Positions 20,401 to 28,056 of a DNA stretch of 64,000 bases are shown piece by piece. The notes beneath the pieces were generated by a model that searched no databases, was not told the origin of the DNA, and saw only the letters and a list, made by a program, of their open reading frames with translations. A program made the translations under genes and the position numbers. This DNA comes from a virus: positions 64,001-128,000 of the IMG/VR virus record IMGVR_UViG_3300042013_000061. One strand, given 5' to 3'. Each line of letters begins with the position of its first letter. Position 1 is the stretch's first letter.

Positions 20401-20452
20401 GTTTGATCGCCTCGGTAATCGGATTTTCACGCCACACAATTTGTCGATTCAT
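14426..20452 (-). CDS. Giant SNF2-family ATPase/helicase (2008 aa)
   Basis: FPHQ, Walker A LALDPGGGKT, LVICP..L..QW, Walker B IAIDESH, LTGT, EGHNLQMASRII, SPW.P....Q...RIFR; about 880-aa unknown N-terminal region. Confidence 0.9.
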   Translation of the reverse strand: MNRQIVWRENPITEAIKLHAAYEEEYRDELAIARANGDDDDEDGENEESEFIRSIRPINLEPDRNSEYEGFFYPSDRQFLVAILESLSDVTSNINLFFRFMRLCMADSNYISGMDEEAAKSRVERLFYDVMQRKRDEASVKSSVVGFLRAIRMSQTAFHNVYRSQRYNDGIDIVLNGTGTDKRAEHVPAPYFGSDDTNMGQGDLLANNGSNHYFVEQHRRGRWQSPFGQNILAAAKEITQFLFGSTAISERVIHRGLSVNTKFTDIEQIWTKHTGFPLPKSIITDMDVTNHLAEQFLQIEVMKMPSEQAIEAAADVRRQARMGESSANNSMVETTLNGGNAKLAPEAEILNLVMRTSIRFTLESDIAHFVSQTEANERPNLSRTNAWFSVYIGQVIRAKVAQTRKGVPSYSNERAIKMVNIPRYSMGATTLKKISDIRTQHGFVVEKTKGNAENMYIRPNGTMATRPDIEAFKASTLAEDYEKVSEEILEILNRNDIPIAGFYANPRADAWPHIDMHDVERLNELMVELKGFDGCIIGYDWDFGITMTAGDMPGSATTRVDVGSVIPDSLSIADYLGYNLSKEGEKPMVRNFASTMWVLTKYQNIGEIAYKSERAYGSKTSAATFANSDIVTDIVDLYLKLAYADNKAPKLDAIAKNAIRALGYEKLPTEKGHDYSTTYFEYFNEDGSFKPSQVSMTKRAISSILGSAMVQASGEQGSQLWTDTFNDMRTDDYSPKSFEIQEELASHPNYFNASTSTTADFAKLYNYFGGQVFKQILDAINAIPTADYFNERGGRLQIAVGQNPNNPDAEYKLDIPKLNNRRIMHDVLPFTTMLGKYAPNQETIFAEADEQVESIRPDDSFSSEDIKVPGMVTDSPRAVFPHQASVQSYLRKKVPPSFAILALDPGGGKTGQGVIDMTCMVKDMLDVGTVVKPLVICPNGLINQWCEDMKYFVGENWNAFPLSAAVMKRWGEKRLLEVATAAPPNTIFIASMTFIQGRNKRVCIGNAQVNFSANLEFIRRLGCNYIAIDESHNLKSFNSARHRATKILTTSTMVKWLRILTGTIMPDRAKDIEGQIALKTPHVFRAGEIANIRSDAEASGSDVKIGDRTVATYTPLNGKRAVDKLSHYTAFIVKKRKEWAFMLPAPIETFHAIALVDSQGNDGTSAEEIEQQKLHEQLYKLVLDKTLKDLQPLLAQKKKAEDAADHEYDEEGGSEGEHGGQEESEGGGGVGLIDNDADFAGEKIKQALWEKNLARFERLIIAPQYDEAYEQVFGKGAQFKSRKAKYIANLVHLHFNTPAWRRGQQYTEYDLVSVGKDLYVAKKYHSSAEHMALPRDQLSISPDENPDYWKKEPRGKLIIITRYNHSASAIYDALPENYKQKAVKFTGDEPDKVKSFNDFKTDDRVQILIANEQGMSEGHNLQMASRIIRAESPWGPGALNQTNARIFRPDPKGAIAAANGEGEMTRDVIYLDWVLANNTMEVPKQARVISKTFGIARFTEADNPRYKEMLTRRKVPTERENAALSLGIDMLKNIKGLDDEPFKGMRESYEELNDIENKEFRDMRNEQTAELLPIEAAPNVAGAKTMEVRPFVPNMPISDPNKWKLTNIEILLRDEEVANNFVERLSKKPVVTEWGTGRIVGFNKKDGGKRLSSLIVNLKNPPAGMSSRVTIQANMCYIALENITPDQESKYFDVSTAGTETEEKRQEARDKRLEKQQKAQEEQEEKERRIRERQQKETIGIIKKEQADGEKRKENEIKGKPLNDGIYKVKDGIIKIAPTGKKVVVTDEAEPDIGRIVPANADLDVWLSPAYYHGFATLEAEFDESDVNLKNLGFTWTPSYAFVTVSNKKKFHAIYEYLDANFDLPDKTVDLIQEVNAAFQPGMKNTHKLWYDLELAPVSELPAFFSVGKRITSNRRAVRVFPIFMEDHVMLCIDIRTNPAIVKHIGKTVTGAGVKWQRSEGQWLYFGKNKTDLKDMISKVGKAGYNVVNKAAALKELAELKFRYKKTK

Positions 20453-20865
20453 TCTGAAACCTCGTCGAGTTCCCCGTCACACTGAATAATTGCAGGCCAC
20501 AGTGGGTTGGGTTCTTGTTTCTGGTCAACAGCACAGCGCATCAGTGCTTTGCAAAGGGCTACACGAATAAACGGATCGGGTTCATCCAGAAAAGTCGTGC
20601 GGTGATAGTAATCGTACAGATTGAAATAAATCTGTTTGGAAAGTGGCTCGTACAAATCATCAACCGCTTTCTTCATGTCGAAGGTCGGCTGCGCCCGTGC
20701 AGGCAAATAAGACGAATATTCTTGATCGGCCAAATCCTGAATATCGTTGCGGGCGACTTCAGCAAGGTCACTGATTGCCTTCAGCTTTGTGGCCGGATCG
20801 GCATCACCCTTATTGATAACCGCCAGAATGGAATTCAACCCATTCAATGCGCTTTGTACTGTCAT
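20449..20865 (-). CDS. Hypothetical protein
   Basis: 138-aa ORF with ATGA overlaps on both sides. Confidence 0.65.
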   Translation of the reverse strand: MTVQSALNGLNSILAVINKGDADPATKLKAISDLAEVARNDIQDLADQEYSSYLPARAQPTFDMKKAVDDLYEPLSKQIYFNLYDYYHRTTFLDEPDPFIRVALCKALMRCAVDQKQEPNPLWPAIIQCDGELDEVSE

Positions 20866-21545
20866 CGAAAATCTCCGATTGAAGCTCTACGCCAAACGGC
20901 AAAAAGCTGTTTATCCAAGTTTGGGTACATGGGAATTGTGTTGTCAAAATAAAGCTCGTATTTCAACACGAGGAAATCGTTTTTCAACCGCGCAATACTG
21001 ACTCGCATGTCCGAGTTTAAAATCACGACTACTTCCATTGACTCGCGCACCTTATCGGCACGTGGAGGAAAACGATCAGCATAAACCGTTTTCTTTTCAC
21101 CCGCGTGCAGTTTCACACGCGACGAAAGCTGTAGTTCCTCGGGCAATGACTTGAATACTTTCAGTTCAACCAAACGGCGCAGAAGGTAATCAAGTTCGAA
21201 TCTTTGCGGCTTCAGTTTGACTGTTCCGCGAATGGTGAATCCGTTTACGACGTTAACCAATTCATCGGCTTTCATCACGAATTCGTATTGGTGCTGCACG
21301 GGTAAAAGGTGATACAAAAGAAACTTCGAATGCACCTGTTTTGAAAAGGACTTGTACCGGGTATTTACAGTAAAAAAGTCCGCTAACAATTTCGTTGTTT
21401 TGATTTTGATACCAGCTTGCTGCAAAAGAATGCGGAAACATTCACCCAACACAAGCGGTTCAAGTTTGCTTGTACGGGGCAGCTCTAAAAACGCATCCCA
21501 TGAACCTTGAAAGTCTTCGCTAATATCGGATGGCATTTTCATCAT
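20862..21545 (-). CDS. Hypothetical protein
   Basis: 227-aa ORF in operon. Confidence 0.65.
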   Translation of the reverse strand: MMKMPSDISEDFQGSWDAFLELPRTSKLEPLVLGECFRILLQQAGIKIKTTKLLADFFTVNTRYKSFSKQVHSKFLLYHLLPVQHQYEFVMKADELVNVVNGFTIRGTVKLKPQRFELDYLLRRLVELKVFKSLPEELQLSSRVKLHAGEKKTVYADRFPPRADKVRESMEVVVILNSDMRVSIARLKNDFLVLKYELYFDNTIPMYPNLDKQLFAVWRRASIGDFR

Positions 21546-21868
21546 TTCTTTTTCGCCAAGATCAAATGTTTAGCGGCACCATGCCCCGGTCGTTTTGCAT
21601 GACAATCGGCGCACAGAGTCCAAAGGTTACTCATGGTTGTTTGCCCACCACGTGCTGCTGGTCGAATATGATCGACTTGCAGATTGGTTTTGCAAGGGCA
21701 TTTGCGGCACGTGTAATTATCACGCGCTAAAACTTTCTCACGAACTGCCATCCAATCCCAACGCTCGCCATAAACCTGCACAGACGTGCGACGAACCTTG
21801 GCAACAACAGCCGGTTTTTTCGTAACGCTTTTTGCTTTGAAAGGTTTGATGCGTTTCGGTGTGGTCAT
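21542..21868 (-). CDS. HNH endonuclease
   Basis: W...R..VL.RDNYTCRKC...LQVDHI.P...GG.....NL.TLC..CH. Confidence 0.92.
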   Translation of the reverse strand: MTTPKRIKPFKAKSVTKKPAVVAKVRRTSVQVYGERWDWMAVREKVLARDNYTCRKCPCKTNLQVDHIRPAARGGQTTMSNLWTLCADCHAKRPGHGAAKHLILAKKK

Positions 21869-22674
21869 AGCAGAACCTTCCGTGCGCGATCAATTGCCAA
21901 GCCGTATTCAGCCTGAAGGTTATCGGCGCATTCAGACAAAGTATTTTTCAACTTCTTCTGAATCTCAAGACGCATATCAGAATCCTTTACGAATTTCGAC
22001 ACGGCACCGTCAATGTGGAAATACAGGTCGGTTAGCGACTGCGCCACAACCATTTGGTATGGCCGCAATACGATGCTTTCCAATTCAGCAATTTGTGCGC
22101 TGATATCCCGTGTGGCCCGCAGGTCGGCAATCACTTCGCGAATCTGCGAATAAATAACGTTTAGTGCGTAAACGTCTTTGTTATAAATCCGATCTTCCAT
22201 CTGCTCTTCGAAACGACCAGCAAGGTGAATCAGATTTTCAAAAATGCGGCGCGACTCGGCATCGAATTCATCAACAACCGGAGGCAATTCAACGAATACC
22301 TCGACGGCATCAATTACTTGTTGTTTGCCTTTCGCTTTTTTCTTCAGTGCAGCAACACCAGCGACTTTAGGGATTGTCGCCAGTTCGGTTTTCACCGCTT
22401 TTTTCTTTTCTTTGATACGTTCGACCGTACCTTCGATTGTTACCGGGGTCTTACGCTTTTTCTTTTTGAGTTCACTGCCTTTCTTGTACGTGTTGTCTTC
22501 GATAATAACGACTTCACGTTCGACTTTCTTTTTCTTCTTTTTCGTTTTCAGAATAGAAGAGCCGCGACCGCCGCCGTCGTCAGCATCCTTGTTACGGAAT
22601 TTCCCGCGTTCATCAATGTCACCACCACTGCCGCCACTAACACGGCGAATGGAATCCCCACTATTCTTTTTCAT
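21865..22674 (-). CDS. Hypothetical protein with Lys-rich N-terminus (possible small terminase-like)
   Basis: Basic disordered N-terminal half and helical C-terminal half; adjacent to HNH; function speculative. Confidence 0.55.
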   Translation of the reverse strand: MKKNSGDSIRRVSGGSGGDIDERGKFRNKDADDGGGRGSSILKTKKKKKKVEREVVIIEDNTYKKGSELKKKKRKTPVTIEGTVERIKEKKKAVKTELATIPKVAGVAALKKKAKGKQQVIDAVEVFVELPPVVDEFDAESRRIFENLIHLAGRFEEQMEDRIYNKDVYALNVIYSQIREVIADLRATRDISAQIAELESIVLRPYQMVVAQSLTDLYFHIDGAVSKFVKDSDMRLEIQKKLKNTLSECADNLQAEYGLAIDRARKVLL

Positions 22675-22696
22675 ATTTCCCCCGGCTTAAATCGGC

Positions 22697-22719
22697 AAAA
22701 GGGGGCACGTGGCCCCCTT
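22697..22719 (-). terminator. Rho-independent terminator
   Basis: GGGGGC/GCCCCC stem followed by UUUU. Confidence 0.65.
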
Positions 22720-22736
22720 CTGTTTGTAGCAATTAC

Positions 22737-23579
22737 TTAGAAGAAAACGTGGGCGCGTACACGCTCCATGAATTTTTCGTAGTAGGCCGGACGACGTGCA
22801 AAAACACGAGCGTAGTAGGCGCTGATTTGTTCGATGTTCGGAGTTGCAGCCGTTGCGATTTCGTCTTCTGGATCATCAACGATTTCGTGGTCGGCGGCGG
22901 CAATTACAATCATGTCGCGATGCACGGTTTCTTGCTGACCATTTTGACGAACGACTTGAATATCAGTAGTTGGGCTACCGTCTTCGTTGTCGATAGAAGC
23001 AACAGCGATTGCCACGTTCAAATCGCAAGACTGCTGCGAAATGTAAGTAATCAAATCGCCACCGGTTACGGTTGCGCGAGCTTGTGCGGTATCGGCGCCG
23101 ACGTTCGCATTTACGAAATCGTTATGGTCAACCGAAGCACAGGCCAGCAATTGCTGCATTACCAGATGATCGTCGGCAACAGCCGATTTAACCAGAACTT
23201 CACCGGTCGCAGTTTTGCGCAGTGCCCACAGGCATTCGGTGTCGTCCATGAACATATTTGCAGCAACGGCTTTGTAATTGCCGCGATTCGCATCACTCAG
23301 GACAACGCGCTCAGCAACAACGCCGACGATGCCTTCGAAAATGTGGGTACGTGCATCGCTGGCGAGCGAAACAAACGAACCGGTAATCGGAGTGATATTT
23401 GCGAATTGCTTTTTGATACCGGCAAACACTTGATCTTTGCTTGCAGCAACGGAAGCGGTTGCGATAATACGCATGAAACGATCATCAACCTGATACGCTT
23501 CACGAATACTTACTTCAGTGGCTTCAGATTTGACGTTGTGGGCCAAAGCCGATTGCGCACGATTGAGGGAAAAAGTCAT
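22737..23579 (-). CDS. Putative virion/head protein
   Basis: 280 aa, strong GGAG SD, own TAATTTA motif and terminator, Ala-rich. Confidence 0.55.
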   Translation of the reverse strand: MTFSLNRAQSALAHNVKSEATEVSIREAYQVDDRFMRIIATASVAASKDQVFAGIKKQFANITPITGSFVSLASDARTHIFEGIVGVVAERVVLSDANRGNYKAVAANMFMDDTECLWALRKTATGEVLVKSAVADDHLVMQQLLACASVDHNDFVNANVGADTAQARATVTGGDLITYISQQSCDLNVAIAVASIDNEDGSPTTDIQVVRQNGQQETVHRDMIVIAAADHEIVDDPEDEIATAATPNIEQISAYYARVFARRPAYYEKFMERVRAHVFF

Positions 23580-23619
23580 TGTTTATCTCCAGTAGAGTAA
23601 GCCAAGTGTTACTCTTATT

Positions 23620-23626
23620 TAAATTA
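23620..23626 (-). promoter_or_regulatory. Putative late promoter motif TAATTTA
   Basis: gtTAATTTAaata about 41 nt upstream of ATG 23579. Confidence 0.6.
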
Positions 23627-23629
23627 ACT

Positions 23630-24844
23630 TTAGAAGAAATTGCGGAAGAATCCGCCAGTTGATCCACGACCGGGCAAACCCGGCAATCGGGTCATTGGTG
23701 TGTTCGAAACTCCGAGAATACCGATTGCTCTACTGCTGTCGATGAATCCACCACCAGCGGAACCATCACCACTCAAAACACCGGCTCGGCCTAACAACTT
23801 CTTGAGAGGTTTTACAACGCTTTCAATTTCTGCATCGAGTCGGCCCAAAGCACTTTCCAATGCTGGCGTTCGATCAACGTTTAAGCTAACCGTTTGCCCA
23901 CCGAAATCAAATGCTAACGCACCTTCAGCTTGAATCTGTGCGCCCAATGCGTAAATGGCAGAACAAGTCAGCCATGCACCCATTAATGGCCCCTGCATAT
24001 TCGTGCCGGTAAAGCTCGAAATGTTTGGTTGCAGGGAGTTAAACATATTCAAGCCACGCGACAACGATTCCATCAAATCGGATTGTGTGTATTCCAATTC
24101 GGGAATAATGTTCGCGATTCGCGCACGGTTAATAAAATCCTCAAGCTGACGTGCAGCCATAAGGATTTGCGGAGTAACCGCCCACACTTTATACGACAGT
24201 GTGCTACTTGCCAGTTTGCGCGTTGGTGTGTGTTCTACAAGCATTGTCAGCGGCGACATTTGAGGCGTGCCGACTACTGCGGGCATATCCACAACGGTGC
24301 GATTTTTCATCGCCTCGACGTAAATGCCTGTGTCTTCTACGTTCCAGTTTTCATACACTGCGCGGTTGTTGAAATACAGCGACAAAGTTAGCTTATCGCC
24401 TTCAACTCCTTTGCGTGCTTTTGTTCCCTTTGCCAAATTGGCAGGAACAGCAGCGACCGGGGCTTTGTAGGTAATCGGCAGGGTTAATTGCATACGCGCA
24501 TCACGCCCGCAAACAATCACAATATCCGATTCACGGCCAAGCGTTGCAGGCTCGACAGTGATGGAAGTTTTAGCCTGATAATTCCCGTCTTGCCCTTCGT
24601 ATGTCCACCGGGCAAACAATTCAACAGCGTCACGCAAATTCATATTCGGAATTGGTAGGTCAGCCATCCAATTACCGGGCATGCTTGCGTGAGGTTTTGC
24701 GTAAACTTCTGCGATCACAGAACGGTCGGTGTCGAATAATCGAACCAACGGGGCAGGCGAGTTTTCCGACGGCAAGACTGGATCGTCGAACGCATCGAAA
24801 AACTCTTCTGTAATCGTACACGTTTGTCCTTCGTATACGTTCAT
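23630..24844 (-). CDS. Putative virion structural protein (Ig-like N-terminus plus neck/adaptor-like helical C-terminus)
   Basis: Beta-rich N-terminal half; C-terminal 'EYTQSDL...L..GL..FN..QP...F' and 'FDFGGQTVSL.VDR' resemble head-tail adaptor proteins. Confidence 0.5.
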   Translation of the reverse strand: MNVYEGQTCTITEEFFDAFDDPVLPSENSPAPLVRLFDTDRSVIAEVYAKPHASMPGNWMADLPIPNMNLRDAVELFARWTYEGQDGNYQAKTSITVEPATLGRESDIVIVCGRDARMQLTLPITYKAPVAAVPANLAKGTKARKGVEGDKLTLSLYFNNRAVYENWNVEDTGIYVEAMKNRTVVDMPAVVGTPQMSPLTMLVEHTPTRKLASSTLSYKVWAVTPQILMAARQLEDFINRARIANIIPELEYTQSDLMESLSRGLNMFNSLQPNISSFTGTNMQGPLMGAWLTCSAIYALGAQIQAEGALAFDFGGQTVSLNVDRTPALESALGRLDAEIESVVKPLKKLLGRAGVLSGDGSAGGGFIDSSRAIGILGVSNTPMTRLPGLPGRGSTGGFFRNFF

Positions 24845-25740
24845 TCGATTATTCCTTTCGACAAATTCACAACCAATGTTTCTACGTCGTGGATTTGCGA
24901 TTCGTCAGCCGGTAGCAATGCGACCAGACCGGCTTCGTCAGGCTGCACCATGTTCTGCAAATAACGCAGAATGAATTGGCGCAAATGTTCCTGCACCTCT
25001 TCTTCGTACTGCGCGTAATACTTGCTGCGCTGTCGCATGGGCAGTTTGTCCGCGATGTACCGAACGTAATATTCGATAAATTTCGGTGTCCATTCTACAT
25101 GCAGCAGGTCGGGCATTCTCTTCCAGAAATCCAATACATATTTCCAGTCCGTCATCGCCGTATAAAACATGGCTCGTGGAATGGTATTGTAGAGATATTT
25201 CCGAGTGACTTGCACGCCACCATGAAACTCTTTGACAGATCGAATCACAGCTTTGGTATAGCCGCCAGCAATGTCGAATAAATATCGCTGATCCCGAATC
25301 ATCATCTGCTGCATTCGCGCCGATGTAAGAATATTTAACGGGATGGAAATACTTATAAAATCATTCGCGCTGTCGGTGTCATTTCCCCAAATTGCTGTGT
25401 AGCCGCGCAGCCAATAAACATGCTTTGCAGTTCCCGGCCCGTTGTTGTCTTTCGTTCGGGCGAAGGTGAACACAAGGCCGCTGCGCCGGACATTTTCGTC
25501 AGGCTCCGAAACTAATCCCACACTGGTATGCGTGTATTGAGAATAAACGTTAACCAGTGTGAAACTTGTTTTCAAAATAAACGCTAGCGGAGTCTTTCGC
25601 AGTTGCAATTCCAAGTAATCCAGAATTGCGCGAATATCAATGAGGTATCTATCGGTGTTGTACGTTGTAACGTACCGATCCCCGCCATAAGGCCATGCCG
25701 ATAAACGAAAGTCTAACGGCATTTGCGCATGGATATACAA
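24841..25740 (-). CDS. Hypothetical protein (late operon)
   Basis: 299-aa ORF. Confidence 0.6.
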   Translation of the reverse strand: MYIHAQMPLDFRLSAWPYGGDRYVTTYNTDRYLIDIRAILDYLELQLRKTPLAFILKTSFTLVNVYSQYTHTSVGLVSEPDENVRRSGLVFTFARTKDNNGPGTAKHVYWLRGYTAIWGNDTDSANDFISISIPLNILTSARMQQMMIRDQRYLFDIAGGYTKAVIRSVKEFHGGVQVTRKYLYNTIPRAMFYTAMTDWKYVLDFWKRMPDLLHVEWTPKFIEYYVRYIADKLPMRQRSKYYAQYEEEVQEHLRQFILRYLQNMVQPDEAGLVALLPADESQIHDVETLVVNLSKGIIE

Positions 25741-25742
25741 AC

Positions 25743-26942
25743 TTAATCCCGAATGGTCAGGCTGTAGGTATGCACGCCCGGATCAATGGTGCGCAGAGTT
25801 GGCGAGTATTCTTTATTCAGCAGCTTTTTGATCGACGGAATTGCATTCATGGTGCGAAGAACTTGCGCCTGAATTGAGCGATCACCATCAGGATATTCGA
25901 GGGTAACTTCTGTCGCTTCAACAGTAACGCCGGTAACGCCTTCGATTGCGGAAAGACGCGTGGTAACTTCGGTCGCGTCGAGGTCGAGTTCAACCGGGGC
26001 GGCGAACGCAGCAACGTCAGCGATTGCGAATTTACGCGGCATCACTTTATCCAAATCTTTTGCGAGTGCTGCGGTATCGTTACCATTCAATTCGGAACCG
26101 ATTGCGTACAGACCCGGCAGACCGACTTTATCGTGAACGGCGACATACGCTTTCATCGAGAACGCATCGTCAGTTGGTGTCAAACGCGCAGTGATAATTA
26201 CAACCTTTGCACGTTCGGTCACACCGGCAGCAGGCCAGTGACTGATATCGCAGTTCAACACGAAATCCATCACGTCATTTTTGATACCGACGTTGATGTA
26301 ATAATCGAGTTCTGCATCGCTGAAATACGGAGGATCAATTTTCGCTTTTTTCGCTGCTTCAATTGCGGCGTCACGCGCTTTGATATAATCCGCATCCAGA
26401 GCGTCGAAGTATTTCTGCACACGTTTGAACAAATCACCCACGGCTTCTGGAATGTGATTGTCGGCAACGTCGCTCATGTTTTGCAGTGCTTCAGTGTAAA
26501 CGTCGATCAGTGCATCACGATCACGGTTCAAATTCGGCACGAGTTTATTCAGGCTTTTGTTTTCGGACGCGGCGAACAATTCAATCATGCGTTCCAGTTC
26601 GTCGATTGCTTGACGGGAATCAAGTGCGTCGATGTATTGTTTCAGAACACGCGGGCCGGGGGTATCAACCTTTTGAACAATGAGGCCGAAGCCTGCATTC
26701 TTTCCGCCTTTTTTACCGCTGGTTGCGCCCTTACCTTGACCGCCAGAAACACGACCAATAAAGTCCGTGCTTTCCGATGCGGTGGAGAGCATGCGCTTGC
26801 CAAAAACTTTACCTTTGAAGAGTTTCAAAAGGCTGGTGAACTTGGAGATAATACGACGATAAACCGGCTTGCGTTTATTGTAGTATTTCAACAGTTGTTC
26901 GTCTGTCATCTTGTTAAGGAAGGCAACGTTCTGTTTGCTCAT
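25743..26942 (-). CDS. Putative virion protein
   Basis: 399-aa ORF in the TAATTT-led operon. Confidence 0.55.
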   Translation of the reverse strand: MSKQNVAFLNKMTDEQLLKYYNKRKPVYRRIISKFTSLLKLFKGKVFGKRMLSTASESTDFIGRVSGGQGKGATSGKKGGKNAGFGLIVQKVDTPGPRVLKQYIDALDSRQAIDELERMIELFAASENKSLNKLVPNLNRDRDALIDVYTEALQNMSDVADNHIPEAVGDLFKRVQKYFDALDADYIKARDAAIEAAKKAKIDPPYFSDAELDYYINVGIKNDVMDFVLNCDISHWPAAGVTERAKVVIITARLTPTDDAFSMKAYVAVHDKVGLPGLYAIGSELNGNDTAALAKDLDKVMPRKFAIADVAAFAAPVELDLDATEVTTRLSAIEGVTGVTVEATEVTLEYPDGDRSIQAQVLRTMNAIPSIKKLLNKEYSPTLRTIDPGVHTYSLTIRD

Positions 26943-27955
26943 GATGGTTCCATAATTGTGTTGAGTTTTACTTTTTCATCCTTGCTGACATTCAAGATTT
27001 TAGTCAGCTTACTCAGCGAACGCGCATCATAGATTTTGCGTTTACCGACGATGAACGAAATCATCCGGTTTTCACCATACTGCGAGACGCGGTGAATAAT
27101 ATCCGTGTTAGGGAGATTCACGGCACGCTTCAGATACGGGAGAACTTGAGCAAGGAATTTGTTAATGTCGTCGGGCTGCACAAAAGGTTTCAAAATAACG
27201 TTCAATTTATCGTCCGTCACTTCGATATCTTGCACCATGTTCGACGCCAGCAGCGAATCGTCTTTCGGCTCGGGTTTACCCACGTATTCGAAATCAGACA
27301 GATTGCCCATGATGTAGGTTTGCACGTCTTTTGCGGTATCCACATTGGATTCCTCAGACGATACAAAAGGCGAGTCAGGAATAGACACGCGATATTGCCC
27401 GCCGCTAAGCGAAAGCTTTACGGTGATTGGGCCGCTAACAAAACCGTTTTTATCCGTTACGCCATGATCCGTCCGAAAACAAATCATTTGATTCTCAGGC
27501 AGACGAATGTGTAACTGAGTCGTCGGACTAATGCGCGAAAGAATGCGGTATACGGTTTCCGAAAGGTACGACAAATGCTTATCCATACGGGATGCGCAAA
27601 CGCCGTCGATCAAATCCATAATGGTCTTTTGAAACGACCGGATGTTTGTTTGCTGTGCGTTAATCATATTGAAACAACGATCACGCTTTGAATCGGAAAA
27701 CTCTTGCGCAACCGAACGTGCGCAGCGCAATTCAACTAATGAATCAACACAGAATTGCAAGGCTTCAACAGCGTCACTGACTTTCAGGTACGGCAGTTTC
27801 TTTTGGTTGAACTTCGATACCAAAACGCTAAAAGTCGTATTAATCTTTGACAATACAGTAATGACTTCATTCGCGTTTCGGGCGTTCTTTAAATCAATGA
27901 CATTTGGATTGTCATCAATATACTTTGATTGAATTTGCAATGCTCGAACACCCAA
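26939..27955 (-). CDS. Putative virion protein
   Basis: 338-aa ORF with TTG start; TAATTTTA motif at 27972-27979. Confidence 0.55.
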   Translation of the reverse strand: MGVRALQIQSKYIDDNPNVIDLKNARNANEVITVLSKINTTFSVLVSKFNQKKLPYLKVSDAVEALQFCVDSLVELRCARSVAQEFSDSKRDRCFNMINAQQTNIRSFQKTIMDLIDGVCASRMDKHLSYLSETVYRILSRISPTTQLHIRLPENQMICFRTDHGVTDKNGFVSGPITVKLSLSGGQYRVSIPDSPFVSSEESNVDTAKDVQTYIMGNLSDFEYVGKPEPKDDSLLASNMVQDIEVTDDKLNVILKPFVQPDDINKFLAQVLPYLKRAVNLPNTDIIHRVSQYGENRMISFIVGKRKIYDARSLSKLTKILNVSKDEKVKLNTIMEPS

Positions 27956-27992
27956 ATAAGTGGATATACAATAAAATTAGCGTCCAGATAGC

Positions 27993-28028
27993 AAAAAACC
28001 CGCCGATCCACTAGGGAAGGGCGGGTTT
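27993..28028 (-). terminator. Rho-independent terminator with bipartite stem
   Basis: CCCGCC-CU-UCC-cuagu-GGA-UC-GGCGGG-UUUUUU. Confidence 0.85.
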
Positions 28029-28056
28029 CTTTTATTGCAAACCAATCAAACGGCTA

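Noticed and set aside
14141-20485. Very long plus-strand ORFs (709, 505 and 861 aa)
   Set aside because: Antisense to the SNF2 gene; no motifs or SD; explained by codon bias that leaves the reverse frame open.
21542-21868. HNH as a mobile homing endonuclease
   Set aside because: Only 108 aa, no extra DNA-binding domain, translationally coupled on both sides and not interrupting a gene.
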